A stretch of DNA of 31,544 nucleotides from an uncultured Candidatus Saccharibacteria bacterium (lineage in GTDB: Bacteria; Patescibacteriota; Minisyncoccia; Minisyncoccales; Staskawiczbacteraceae). Below the pieces are notes generated by a model, which had not been told where the DNA came from, ran no database searches, and was given only the letters and a program-made list of their open reading frames with translations. Below are positions 22,215 through 30,920 of this stretch, one piece after another; the first letter of the stretch is position 1, and each line of letters begins with the position of its first letter. Location of the stretch: NCBI GenBank assembly GCA_964650025.1, contig CAZYSZ010000002.1:1-31544 (forward strand), read 5' to 3'. Position numbers and translations under genes: made by a program.

Positions 22215-24584
22215 TTATTTTTGCAGGTCTGCCATATTAACCGACCGCTGGCTTGATTGAATTAATTTTTCATCATGAGAAACGCAAATAATTGTTATAT
22301 CATATTCCTTATTTTTGCTGATTTCAGTTATAATTTCCCTGACTTCTTTTGCAGTTTTTGAATCCAGTCGAGATGTTGGCTCATCGAGCAACATAATCTT
22401 CGCCCCCTTAATCAAAATCCTCGCTAATCCTATTCTGACTTTTTCACCACCCGACAAGTTTTTTAATTCTGTCGTATCAAGTTTATTGATAAATTCATCT
22501 AAATGTAAATCTTTCAATACTGCCCTTATTTTTTCATCGTCAACTTCCGTCTTTGACCAAAGTAGAAGATTTTCTCGTAGAGTCATGTCATCAAAAATTT
22601 GAGGCTCTTGGTTACAGTAAGACATGATCGAGTACAAAGATTCCTCGCCATATTTTTTAATGTCATCATTTTTAACCCCGCCTATTTTTATCTCTCCATC
22701 ATCTGATTTATACAATCCGGCTAAATTACGTAAAAGGGTCGACTTCCCAGCGCCAGTCTCTCCAGCGACAGTTAAAAACTCTCCTTGCTTAACATCGAGG
22801 TTAATACCCTTAAGAATATTTTTATACCGCAAACCTTTAATAGAAATATCAAGGTTTTCTAATTCTGAAACAGGTACTCTGTTTTGCTCTCTTTCGCCTT
22901 CCGGCAAATCTAATTTTTCGTACTTACCTAAAACCTTTTCCATTCGCTCTATATCTTGGACATAGACCGGGAATTTACTAAAATACATTTCTACTAAGTT
23001 ATTAATAGGCCTGTAAAGACGATTAGAATATTGGATGGTGGATAGTACCTCCCCTCCTGATATTTCTCCTGCCTCCATCATCGCACCCCCGACAATAGCA
23101 GCTCCAGCGTTTGTAACATCAAAGGTAATCATATTTTTAATATGCATACCCACTCTTTCTTTATACTTTTCTAAAGAAAGATTATCTTTTGCATCCGCCA
23201 TTTCTTTAGTTTGCCTGGCAATTTCCGGTACTACAGGTGACGTCCGCAGTTCTTCAAGCCCCTTATGTATTGAACCTAATCTTGTCCCTATCTGTTCTTC
23301 TTTTTCTGCCTCCTCCGTTCTGATTGATGCGATTTTTTCACTATGTTTTTTAGAGTTCATATACATTAAAGGCAAGCCGCCCAAACCAATTGCGCCAAGC
23401 GCCGGACTGATTGATGTTAAAAAACCGAGAGACATGACGATTCCCGATAATGTCGGAGTAAATTCTGAAATAACATCTTGCAAAATTTGTCTCGTTGAAT
23501 TTTTGCCTTTCTCTAGTACGGCGTAAATTTCTCCCAAGGACTTTTCGTGCATAAATTCAAATTCCTGAAAAAATAAGGAATCAGTAATTCTTTGATTGAT
23601 TTGGTGGTCAATTTCATTCAAGATTTTTACCATTTCTACGTTAGTTTTTTCTCTTATCACTTCTGCTACTCCATTAACGCCAAGAAAGGTTAAAAATACC
23701 TTTACGTTAAACTCGCCATCTTTGCCAAACATGCCACCAAACAACATCGGCGCATAACTTTGAGCGCCTTCAGCCGTAAGGTATGAAAGCATAATTTTTC
23801 CTAGTTTCCCCTTTTTGTCACCTAATTTATATTGTTTTACAAGCCGATCTATCGTTTCAAGAAGAGTTTTGAGTGAGTAATTTTCCAGTCCGCTTGTATC
23901 GGGTCTTATTAAATCTATCAGAATCTCCGCTTCTGCATCATCTAAGTCATAATGACCTTGCAGGTCTTCAATGAGTTCGGCTTTTTGTTTCAACAATTCC
24001 TTCTTGCCTCCTTTTTCAGTCTTATCTTTATAGAAATCATCAATATCATGTTTCAGCGATTTTGTATTCACCACATCGCCCATAGCATCAAAAAAGAGCC
24101 AACATTGTTGGCGCAGTTCTTCAACATCATTTTCGTCAAATCCAACCTCTTTTTTATTTTTAATTTCAGTTATTAGGCCTTCAATCCAGCTATCAATTTC
24201 TACAGAGAGCCCTACCTTTTCTTCCTCTCCATTTTCATTTGTAATAAAAAACTCTTCATTTACATCAACAAATCCTCTCTGTGGATGATTTTTATCTTTG
24301 CGTTTTTTACCTGTAATATTTTTAAATATTTTTCTATAACCAGTCATCAATTCTGGAGTAATAAGCTCACTCAATAACTTTATTTTTTCCTGCTGTTCAC
24401 CTGTTGGTTTTTCAAAACTTAATTTATTTCCAATTGCATACCGCAAAGACAACCAATGATCTTTTAACATCATTGGCGTTTCTTGTAATTCTTCATGCTC
24501 GGAGGCAGTCAGGGGCTCTGTTTTAGCTTCTTCTTCCTTTTCAAGTTCGTGTTTAATTGGGCTAAAAAATTCGCCTTCTCTCAT
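22215..24584 (-). CDS. ABC exporter-type fused TMD-NBD protein with a long N-terminal extension
   Basis: Walker A GETGAGKS, Q-loop CNQEP, LSGGE, LLDEPTS and H-loop SHD; TMD-like region about aa 260-540; about 250 aa charged N-terminus. Confidence 0.88.
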   Translation of the reverse strand: MREGEFFSPIKHELEKEEEAKTEPLTASEHEELQETPMMLKDHWLSLRYAIGNKLSFEKPTGEQQEKIKLLSELITPELMTGYRKIFKNITGKKRKDKNHPQRGFVDVNEEFFITNENGEEEKVGLSVEIDSWIEGLITEIKNKKEVGFDENDVEELRQQCWLFFDAMGDVVNTKSLKHDIDDFYKDKTEKGGKKELLKQKAELIEDLQGHYDLDDAEAEILIDLIRPDTSGLENYSLKTLLETIDRLVKQYKLGDKKGKLGKIMLSYLTAEGAQSYAPMLFGGMFGKDGEFNVKVFLTFLGVNGVAEVIREKTNVEMVKILNEIDHQINQRITDSLFFQEFEFMHEKSLGEIYAVLEKGKNSTRQILQDVISEFTPTLSGIVMSLGFLTSISPALGAIGLGGLPLMYMNSKKHSEKIASIRTEEAEKEEQIGTRLGSIHKGLEELRTSPVVPEIARQTKEMADAKDNLSLEKYKERVGMHIKNMITFDVTNAGAAIVGGAMMEAGEISGGEVLSTIQYSNRLYRPINNLVEMYFSKFPVYVQDIERMEKVLGKYEKLDLPEGEREQNRVPVSELENLDISIKGLRYKNILKGINLDVKQGEFLTVAGETGAGKSTLLRNLAGLYKSDDGEIKIGGVKNDDIKKYGEESLYSIMSYCNQEPQIFDDMTLRENLLLWSKTEVDDEKIRAVLKDLHLDEFINKLDTTELKNLSGGEKVRIGLARILIKGAKIMLLDEPTSRLDSKTAKEVREIITEISKNKEYDITIICVSHDEKLIQSSQRSVNMADLQK

Positions 24585-24593
24585 GGGATTATT

Positions 24594-25919
24594 TTAAAAA
24601 TTCAAATTTACCTTAATTCTGCTTCTGTCGCTTGGTGCTTTGGCTACCCAAAACGGCCAGAAGTTTATTTTTAATTGAGCAATAGCGCCGGCGTACATTT
24701 TATCCATAACCTGCTTGATTTGGTCGGCGGATTTGGTAGCAAATAAACTCACCAGGCTATCGGTGTTTATGGTCTGATAAGTTTTAGCTGATGCCTGCAA
24801 TTGCAATGCCATTTTACCACCCTGCAGGTCAAAAGATTTTACATTATGGGTAATAGTAATACTATCTTCTAAAAAGGTTTTATCGTCAGTTAGTTGAGAG
24901 TTGATATTGCTTTTTACAAAATCAATAATATCTTGTTTTTTAAATACCAGAGCAGAAGCTTTTACCTGTGCAGTTTGAGTAAACGTATCGGCTACGGCAC
25001 CGGGTTTTAGCGAGGCTGATGCACTGACAACGTTTTGGATAGAAGCTCCGTCAACTAAAACCTGGTCGTTGGCAATCTGACCCTGCAAAGATTTTTTTGC
25101 CTGGTCAAGCAACTGCTTGGTTAACACTTCTTTGGCGCTTTGAATATCACTATCGGTCACTTTTTTTACTTTGCCAGTATACCCCCCTGCCATAACTGCC
25201 GTTGAAGCACCGTAAATACTATAATAATATGCCGTGCCATTTAATTTTGGTAAAGAAAATTTGGAAGCCTTTATATTATAATCCGCACCAGCCTGCGCGG
25301 CCTGCACTGACACATCAATAAATCCTGGAGTTCCATTTTTGGAAGCCGGAACTGTCACCGCTTGCGTTGTTAAAAATAATTTATTTGAATCAGACAATAA
25401 CTGCGTACCTTTTTTCATAGGACCATAAGACTGCGCCGGAGTAATTTTATTATATAGCCTTACGGTTCCTTCGGCCAAGCCGCTATTTGATGACAAGCCA
25501 GTGGCCGGAAAATCCTGCTGACCGTTTTTTACAACCTCCACATATTGCGCAGGAATCTTTTTTAGGGTTGCATCCACCGCATTAATCGACGTGTCAGCCA
25601 CTACCGTTTCACTCAGTGTTAACGTATCTGTTTTTGGCCAAATTTGAACATCGGCTTTAGGCAGTTTAAAAAACGCAAAAACACACAACAAAACTACTAC
25701 CACTCCACTGCCAATAAATACCTCTTTTAAAGGAAATGTGCGCGCTTTCTTTAAACGCCTTACCGGAGCTTGCAAATTTGGCTTTGGCTGGATTTTTTCT
25801 TGCACCACTTCTTTCACCGAAGCCGTTTTTCTTTTCCTTGGTTTTTTTACCAATTCTTTGGTGGCGACCAATTGTTTTTTTGCCCCCGGAGGCAAAATAT
25901 CGTGCATCTTTTTGGACAT
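24594..25919 (-). CDS. Membrane-anchored baseplate-J-like domain protein (start revised to MSKKMHDILPP)
   Basis: Lys-rich N-terminus, TM VVVVLLCVFAFF, AEGTVRLYN, DVSVQAAQAGADYNI and AGG; the upstream 17 codons of the ORF call are repeat-derived. Confidence 0.65.
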   Translation of the reverse strand: MSKKMHDILPPGAKKQLVATKELVKKPRKRKTASVKEVVQEKIQPKPNLQAPVRRLKKARTFPLKEVFIGSGVVVVLLCVFAFFKLPKADVQIWPKTDTLTLSETVVADTSINAVDATLKKIPAQYVEVVKNGQQDFPATGLSSNSGLAEGTVRLYNKITPAQSYGPMKKGTQLLSDSNKLFLTTQAVTVPASKNGTPGFIDVSVQAAQAGADYNIKASKFSLPKLNGTAYYYSIYGASTAVMAGGYTGKVKKVTDSDIQSAKEVLTKQLLDQAKKSLQGQIANDQVLVDGASIQNVVSASASLKPGAVADTFTQTAQVKASALVFKKQDIIDFVKSNINSQLTDDKTFLEDSITITHNVKSFDLQGGKMALQLQASAKTYQTINTDSLVSLFATKSADQIKQVMDKMYAGAIAQLKINFWPFWVAKAPSDRSRIKVNLNF

Positions 25920-25920
25920 A

Positions 25921-26075
25921 GTAATTGAAATTATTCTAATTATACTAATTGACCTAATTATTCTAATCAAATCCTAAAAAGTGAATGACTAATCTCTAAA
26001 ACGATTTGGAATTTAGACATTTTCGTCTTGGGATTTGATTAGGTTAATTAAAGTAATTAGTATAATTAGTTTAAT
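25921..26075. repeat. Nested hairpin: 9-nt-period outer arms around a heptamer-type core
   Basis: ctaattata ctaattgac ctaattatt ctaatcaaa pairs with tttgattag gttaattaa agtaattag tataattag. Confidence 0.82.
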
Positions 26076-27710
26076 TCATTCAAGAATCGCTTTTATCCTC
26101 CGCACTCCCTGTGAAGAGGCTTCTTCTTTTACAATTTTAAAATCCCCTAATTCAGAAGTATTTTTCACATGCGGGCCGCCACAAAATTCTTTGCTGACAG
26201 CGTTTCCATTTTTATCTTCAATAAAATAAACTGACACCGTATTACCGTATTTTACACCAAATTCCATTTCGGCGCCAATGATCTTTGCTTGGTCAAGAGG
26301 CATTTCGCGCTTAACTACATTAAGCCCCTGCCTGATTTTCTCATTAACCATATTTTCAATTTTTTTCTTTTCTTCGTCCGTCAATTTCCTGTCAAACGAA
26401 AAATCAATTCGCAGTCTTTCTGAATTTATATTGCTTCCTTTCTGTTTTACTTCTTTGCCAAATATTTCCTGCAGTGCCGCCAAAAGTAGGTGGTGAGCCG
26501 TGTGCAACTTTATAGTTTCTGGTTTATCGTCCGCTAATCCCCCTTTAAACATTCCGGCCGACGCCGTGCGCGAAAGTTCCTGGTGTTTTTTTAGTAATGC
26601 ATCAAAATCTGCCTGGTGGAAATTTTTTATTTTGTCGCGTAAAACATCGACAGGCAAACCATAAGTTTCATACAATGAAAAAATTTCTTTAGCGTTCATC
26701 ATATTTTTTACATGTTTAAAGCCCTTCCGCATACTTACAGAAAAGATGTCGGCCTCTTTATTAAATACCTCAATAATAGTTTCAAAATGTAGCTTAGGAT
26801 AAAAGGTCTGATATTTTTTTACCACGATTTCAAACAATTTACGCAAATCGGCATCCCAAACTAAAATTCTTCGCATTAACCTTCTCAAAATATACCCCTG
26901 ATTTTTATTTGACGGGATCACGCCATCGGAAATTAAAAATGAAATAGCGCGAACATGATCGGCCACAATACGCTCCTGCTTAGTTTTAACACTGTCAAAT
27001 AGATCTGTTTCAAAAACCGTTGGTACTTTTTGCACTACCATCGCTAAGCGCTCCAAACCCATGCCAGTGTCAACACCTGGCATTTTTAATTTTTCTAAAG
27101 TTTTTCCGGGCGTACCAGATAATAATTCATCCCTACTGCCATCAAAATAAAATTCATTAAAAACAATATTCCAAATTTCTATGCCGTTAACATATATTTC
27201 CGTGGTGGCGCCGCACGGTCCTCCGTTGCCGGTCGGCCCCCAAAAATTATCTTCGATTCCCGATTTTTTAATTTTCGATTCCGACACACCCAAACTTTTC
27301 CAAATCTCAAAAGATTCCTGATCAAACGGAACGCCATCTGATCCCTCAAACACCGTTACATAATCAATTTTCAGCCCCAGTTCTTTGGCAATAAATTCAT
27401 GCGCCAACGTTATGGCTTCTTTTTTAAAATATCCACCAAATGAAAAATTTCCCAGCATTTCAAAAAACGTCAGATGGCGCTCATCACCCACCTCTTCAAT
27501 ATCAGAAGTTCTAATGCATTTTTGGCAAGAAACCACGTTTTGGCCATAGGGCGATTCTTCACCCAAATAATACGGCTTAAACTGCTGCATGCCCGCGGTC
27601 GTAAAAAGCACCGAGGGGTCGGTTGGCAACAATGAAGAACTCGGCACTACCTTGTGTCCATGTTTCTCAAAAAAATCCAGGAATTTTTTACGCAAATCAG
27701 CAGAATTCAT
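26076..27710 (-). CDS. alaS: Alanine--tRNA ligase, compact form (544 aa)
   Basis: DPSVLFTTAGMQQFK, QKCIRT, RHLTFFEMLGNFSFG, DTGMGLER, editing HTAHH and CGGPH; no C-Ala domain. Confidence 0.95.
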   Translation of the reverse strand: MNSADLRKKFLDFFEKHGHKVVPSSSLLPTDPSVLFTTAGMQQFKPYYLGEESPYGQNVVSCQKCIRTSDIEEVGDERHLTFFEMLGNFSFGGYFKKEAITLAHEFIAKELGLKIDYVTVFEGSDGVPFDQESFEIWKSLGVSESKIKKSGIEDNFWGPTGNGGPCGATTEIYVNGIEIWNIVFNEFYFDGSRDELLSGTPGKTLEKLKMPGVDTGMGLERLAMVVQKVPTVFETDLFDSVKTKQERIVADHVRAISFLISDGVIPSNKNQGYILRRLMRRILVWDADLRKLFEIVVKKYQTFYPKLHFETIIEVFNKEADIFSVSMRKGFKHVKNMMNAKEIFSLYETYGLPVDVLRDKIKNFHQADFDALLKKHQELSRTASAGMFKGGLADDKPETIKLHTAHHLLLAALQEIFGKEVKQKGSNINSERLRIDFSFDRKLTDEEKKKIENMVNEKIRQGLNVVKREMPLDQAKIIGAEMEFGVKYGNTVSVYFIEDKNGNAVSKEFCGGPHVKNTSELGDFKIVKEEASSQGVRRIKAILE

Positions 27711-27716
27711 ACGTTT

Positions 27717-27725
27717 ATGTTATCA
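27717..27725 (-). promoter_or_regulatory. Extended -10 promoter of alaS, leaderless-type
   Basis: TG-A-TAACAT followed by 6 nt and ATG. Confidence 0.5.
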
Positions 27726-27745
27726 TATTTTTTTCAGAACACAAA

Positions 27746-27767
27746 AGCGGCGCCCGCGGGCGCCGCT
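27746..27767. terminator. 22-bp perfect GC palindrome, likely terminator of the upstream operon
   Basis: agcggcgcccg|cgggcgccgct followed by tttt on the minus strand; shares a 14-bp core with 10289-10320. Confidence 0.65.
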
Positions 27768-27780
27768 CTACATATATCAA

Positions 27781-28086
27781 CTATTTTGCTAAAAATAATA
27801 ATCCTTTTACTTCCTTGGCATGCGATTCAAGATTTTCCAATCTTTCTTCGTGGTTTTTAAGGGTTACTTTTTCTATCTTATCAAATCTTTCATCTATTTT
27901 ATCAAACTTTTTATCCATATAATCTTGATTAACCTGAAAACTACGTTCAATTAAAATAGCCAACCCATCTATTTTATTATCTATTTTTTCGTCAATCTTT
28001 TTCTCAACGGCATGTAAAATAGCCTTAGTTTGGCCGGCTAACAGTTGTTGAATATCTTTTTTTGTAACCTGTTTTTCTTTTGACAT
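27781..28086 (-). CDS. Hypothetical coiled-coil protein
   Basis: 101 aa with repeated KIDE/KFDK motifs; own promoter directly upstream. Confidence 0.8.
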   Translation of the reverse strand: MSKEKQVTKKDIQQLLAGQTKAILHAVEKKIDEKIDNKIDGLAILIERSFQVNQDYMDKKFDKIDERFDKIEKVTLKNHEERLENLESHAKEVKGLLFLAK

Positions 28087-28092
28087 ACGCTA

Positions 28093-28120
28093 ATTGTACT
28101 CTTGCCAAAATCAATGTCAA
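28093..28120 (-). promoter_or_regulatory. Leaderless-type sigma70 promoter
   Basis: TTGACA-16-TACAAT, ATG 6 nt downstream. Confidence 0.65.
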
Positions 28121-28123
28121 ATT

Positions 28124-28651
28124 TTACGTGTACCTATCTGCCACCACCGAGGCGGCAAATGAATTGGGTTTTATTCTGGGCTCAAAACCGTTGGCTTTAA
28201 TAAGCCCCGTAACTTCTTTGACCATTTCTTTGGTTTTACCGTGCTCTCCAACGTCAGCATGAATGTAGGCGAATTGGTAGTTAAAACCGGCACGAGAGGC
28301 GCCAAATTCTTTTTCCAGCGTTTCGCGCAAGGTCAACGCCAGCTCACAGCTTAAATATACTTCCTGCAAAATCCTCTGCTTCCAGTTAATGTGCATAAAC
28401 TTTTTTAAATACACATCGGGATAGTGCATTTTTTTAAGAAAAAATCTTCCACCCGCGCCGGTTCGCAACACCACAATAGCAATGGGGAAAAACGGCTTGT
28501 CACTTGACGGCGAATCACATCCCACCACAATATCATAAAAAAAATTCGGTTGGTCCGAAATATAACCAAAAATTTCTTTAATAACCTGGCTAAAATCCAA
28601 ATTACCCTTGCTGGGACTGAAAAATTGTCCTTCTTTTATTTCGTTTTCCAT
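28124..28651 (-). CDS. RNase H-like YkuK (DUF458) family protein
   Basis: IVVGCDS, AIVVLR...GGRFF, RILQEV, IHADVG..GKT and IKPNSFAAS.VADRY. Confidence 0.85.
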   Translation of the reverse strand: MENEIKEGQFFSPSKGNLDFSQVIKEIFGYISDQPNFFYDIVVGCDSPSSDKPFFPIAIVVLRTGAGGRFFLKKMHYPDVYLKKFMHINWKQRILQEVYLSCELALTLRETLEKEFGASRAGFNYQFAYIHADVGEHGKTKEMVKEVTGLIKANGFEPRIKPNSFAASVVADRYT

Positions 28652-28652
28652 G

Positions 28653-29390
28653 TTAAATTACCGATTTTACAATGGCAACAAATTCCTCGGCGTTCAGTGA
28701 TGCGCCGCCAACTAAGAGTCCATTGGCTCCGGCGTTTTTTATGTAATCTGAAGAATTTTTACTGTTGGCGCTACCGCCGTATAAAATCCGGGTAACGTCA
28801 GCAAGTTCTCGATTATACAAATTTGAAATGATTTTTCTGATTAACAAAATAGAGCTTAGTGTCTGGTCAACCGAGCAGTTGCTTCCCGTACCAATGGCCC
28901 AGACCGGTTCGTAGGCAATCGCCACGTGCTTGAAGTGTTCACGCGAGATATTTTTTAGGCCTTCAGTAACTTGTTGTTCTAAAACCGCTGACTTGTCGTC
29001 ACCCATATTTTCACCTACACAAAAAATAACTTTCACATTGGCATCTAGCGCCTTTTTGATTTTTTTATTGACAATTTCATTGGTTTCACCAAAGTATTTT
29101 CGGCGCTCAGAGTGCCCGACAATGACATAATCCACCTTAGAGCTTTTTAGCATTTGGGGAGAAATTTCTCCGGTATACGCTCCCTTCTCTTCATAAAAAA
29201 CATTTTGAGCGCCCAACACTAAACTTGAAGCCTGAAACTTGAAACTTGAAACATATAAAAACGGTGGACAAATAACCACCTCCATATTTTTTACCACACG
29301 CACTCCCTTTTTTACCCCATCAAATAGTTTCTTGGCGTCTTTTAAGGTTACTGGGTTCATTTTCCAATTACCTACTATTAGTGTCTTCAT
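28653..29390 (-). CDS. tpiA: Triosephosphate isomerase
   Basis: GNWKMN, GAQN, GAYTGEIS, GHSERR, AYEPVWAIGTG, LYGGS and LVGGASL. Confidence 0.97.
   Translation of the reverse strand: MKTLIVGNWKMNPVTLKDAKKLFDGVKKGVRVVKNMEVVICPPFLYVSSFKFQASSLVLGAQNVFYEEKGAYTGEISPQMLKSSKVDYVIVGHSERRKYFGETNEIVNKKIKKALDANVKVIFCVGENMGDDKSAVLEQQVTEGLKNISREHFKHVAIAYEPVWAIGTGSNCSVDQTLSSILLIRKIISNLYNRELADVTRILYGGSANSKNSSDYIKNAGANGLLVGGASLNAEEFVAIVKSVI
29221..29252. repeat. AAACTTG heptamer array in frame inside tpiA
   Basis: aaacttg aagcctg aaacttg aaacttg aaac encodes VSSFKFQASS; same unit as 30921-30983. Confidence 0.8.
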
Positions 29391-29396
29391 GTTTAC

Positions 29397-29426
29397 ATAC
29401 TACCACTTTCCTTTAAAAATTTACAA
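29397..29426 (-). promoter_or_regulatory. tpiA promoter, leaderless-type
   Basis: TTGTAA-18-TAGTAT with extended TG; ATG 6 nt downstream. Confidence 0.6.
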
Positions 29427-29427
29427 C

Positions 29428-29454
29428 AAAAAAAGCCCCGCTATACGCAAGACT
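29428..29454 (-). terminator. Intrinsic terminator after map
   Basis: Minus strand agtcttgc-gtata-gcggggct-tttttt with G-U pairs. Confidence 0.65.
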
Positions 29455-29455
29455 A

Positions 29456-30202
29456 TTACTTTTGAGTTAATACTCGGCACCCGTCGCGGGTTATCGCCAC
29501 CGTGTGTTCAAAGTGAGCTGAAAGCGATCCGTCGCGAGTGGTAAAACCGTAACCATCAGTTGATCTTTTTAAGTCATAAGCCCCCATTGTCACCATCGGC
29601 TCAATGCAAATTACCATCCCCTCTTTTAATTCGGTACCCGTGTCGCGCTTGCCAAAATTGGGTACATACGGCCCTTCATGAACCTGCCTGCCAATGCCAT
29701 GGCCATATAAATCGCGCACTATGCCAAATCCTTGGTCTTCAATAAAACGCTGAATGGTGTTACCAATATCACCGGTTTTAACTCCCGCACGCGCCTTTTT
29801 AATACCCAGTCGCAAACCTTTTTCGGTCACTTTTAATAATCGCCTTGCTTCAAAAGAAATTTCGCCAACAGCCACGGTCATGGCCATATCAGTATTAAAA
29901 CCTTTATACAAAACCCCCAAATCCAGCCCAACAATATCGCCATTTTTTAATTTGTAATCCGACGGATACCCATGCACCACATTTTCGTTGACGGAAGCGC
30001 ACAAAGAATAGGGGAAGCCTTGATACCCCTTAAACGCTGGCTTGGCGCCCATAGCCAAAATCAAGGTCTCAGCGGTCATGTCTAATGCTAAGGTGGTAAT
30101 TCCGGGCTTGGCCATATCTGCAATTTGATGCAATACGGTTGCCAGAATTTTCCCACCCTCGACCATGATTTTTATTTCCTCTTCGGTTTTTATAGAAATC
30201 AT
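29456..30202 (-). CDS. map: Methionine aminopeptidase, type I
   Basis: SVNENVVHG, DLG, GHGIG..VHEGP, IEPM and AHFEHT. Confidence 0.97.
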   Translation of the reverse strand: MISIKTEEEIKIMVEGGKILATVLHQIADMAKPGITTLALDMTAETLILAMGAKPAFKGYQGFPYSLCASVNENVVHGYPSDYKLKNGDIVGLDLGVLYKGFNTDMAMTVAVGEISFEARRLLKVTEKGLRLGIKKARAGVKTGDIGNTIQRFIEDQGFGIVRDLYGHGIGRQVHEGPYVPNFGKRDTGTELKEGMVICIEPMVTMGAYDLKRSTDGYGFTTRDGSLSAHFEHTVAITRDGCRVLTQK

Positions 30203-30912
30203 GTTTCCAAGATCTTTAAAATCTGCTCATGCACCTCGGCCACACTTCCTTCCCCATTAATTTTATTGATATTAAACTTGTTGTCTTTAAAGTAATCAAA
30301 GAGTGGCAAAGTTCTTTCTTTATATTGCACCAAGCGGGTTTTAATGGTTTTTGGGTCATCCAATCCTTGACGTTTTACCAACCTTGATCCATCTATCGGA
30401 CACAAAGTCAATATTTCCGTTTCTTTATTATGCAAGATAGAGTGACGCATCAATTCGCAGATTTTGCGTTTGGAATTTCGCAACGCCGTGGTCTCACCTG
30501 AAATTTCAAGCAACATAATTTTGATATTTTTTTTGCCAAACAGTTTTTCCAACAACGGCATTTCTTTTTTGGCTTCATACACAGTACGCGGGGAACCCGA
30601 CATCATGAGGCTCTCCCCATCATCAAAGATACGCTGGATTTCACGCATAATTAACATGGTGGCAAACGGCGGGCTGGTTAGAATTCCCTTTTTCCAATTA
30701 TCCATTTCCACCAGCACATCAAAGCGCTCGCCAAAACATTCAATGAATCTTTCCGGGGAATCTGCCGAAAGTTTTTCAAACTTTTTAAATTCCCGTTCAA
30801 TAATTTTACTGCTCTCAAGCGAAAACAACCCGAATTTTTCGGTTAACAGCTCCGACTGCGTCCCTTTCCCCGCCCCCGGCGGCCCAAATAAAATAATAAC
30901 TTGCTTTGCCAT
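30199..30912 (-). CDS. adk: Adenylate kinase family protein (start revised to MAKQ)
   Basis: P-loop GPPGAGKGTQ, GSPRT, LID region, DD...RL..Y; overlaps the map start (ATGA) as in the canonical adk-map order. Confidence 0.9.
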   Translation of the reverse strand: MAKQVIILFGPPGAGKGTQSELLTEKFGLFSLESSKIIEREFKKFEKLSADSPERFIECFGERFDVLVEMDNWKKGILTSPPFATMLIMREIQRIFDDGESLMMSGSPRTVYEAKKEMPLLEKLFGKKNIKIMLLEISGETTALRNSKRKICELMRHSILHNKETEILTLCPIDGSRLVKRQGLDDPKTIKTRLVQYKERTLPLFDYFKDNKFNINKINGEGSVAEVHEQILKILET

Positions 30913-30920
30913 ATGTCTCA

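Noticed and set aside
25920-25970. ORF-track N-terminal extensions (MIRIIRSISIIRIISIT; also MFHDPCF, MFHASCSKF, MKKFYSLLATCYQLQTRK)
   Set aside because: They are translations of the periodic repeat elements upstream of more plausible starts
28610-28651. EGQFFSP in the YkuK-like N-terminus resembling EGEFFSP of the ABC protein
   Set aside because: The match is too short and the proteins are unrelated; no extended DNA similarity was seen
29428-29440. AAAAAGCCC(n)CG as a cassette-specific 3' signature (also at 3308, 10201, 14394)
   Set aside because: The same motif forms the native map terminator, so it is probably a general terminator style of this genome
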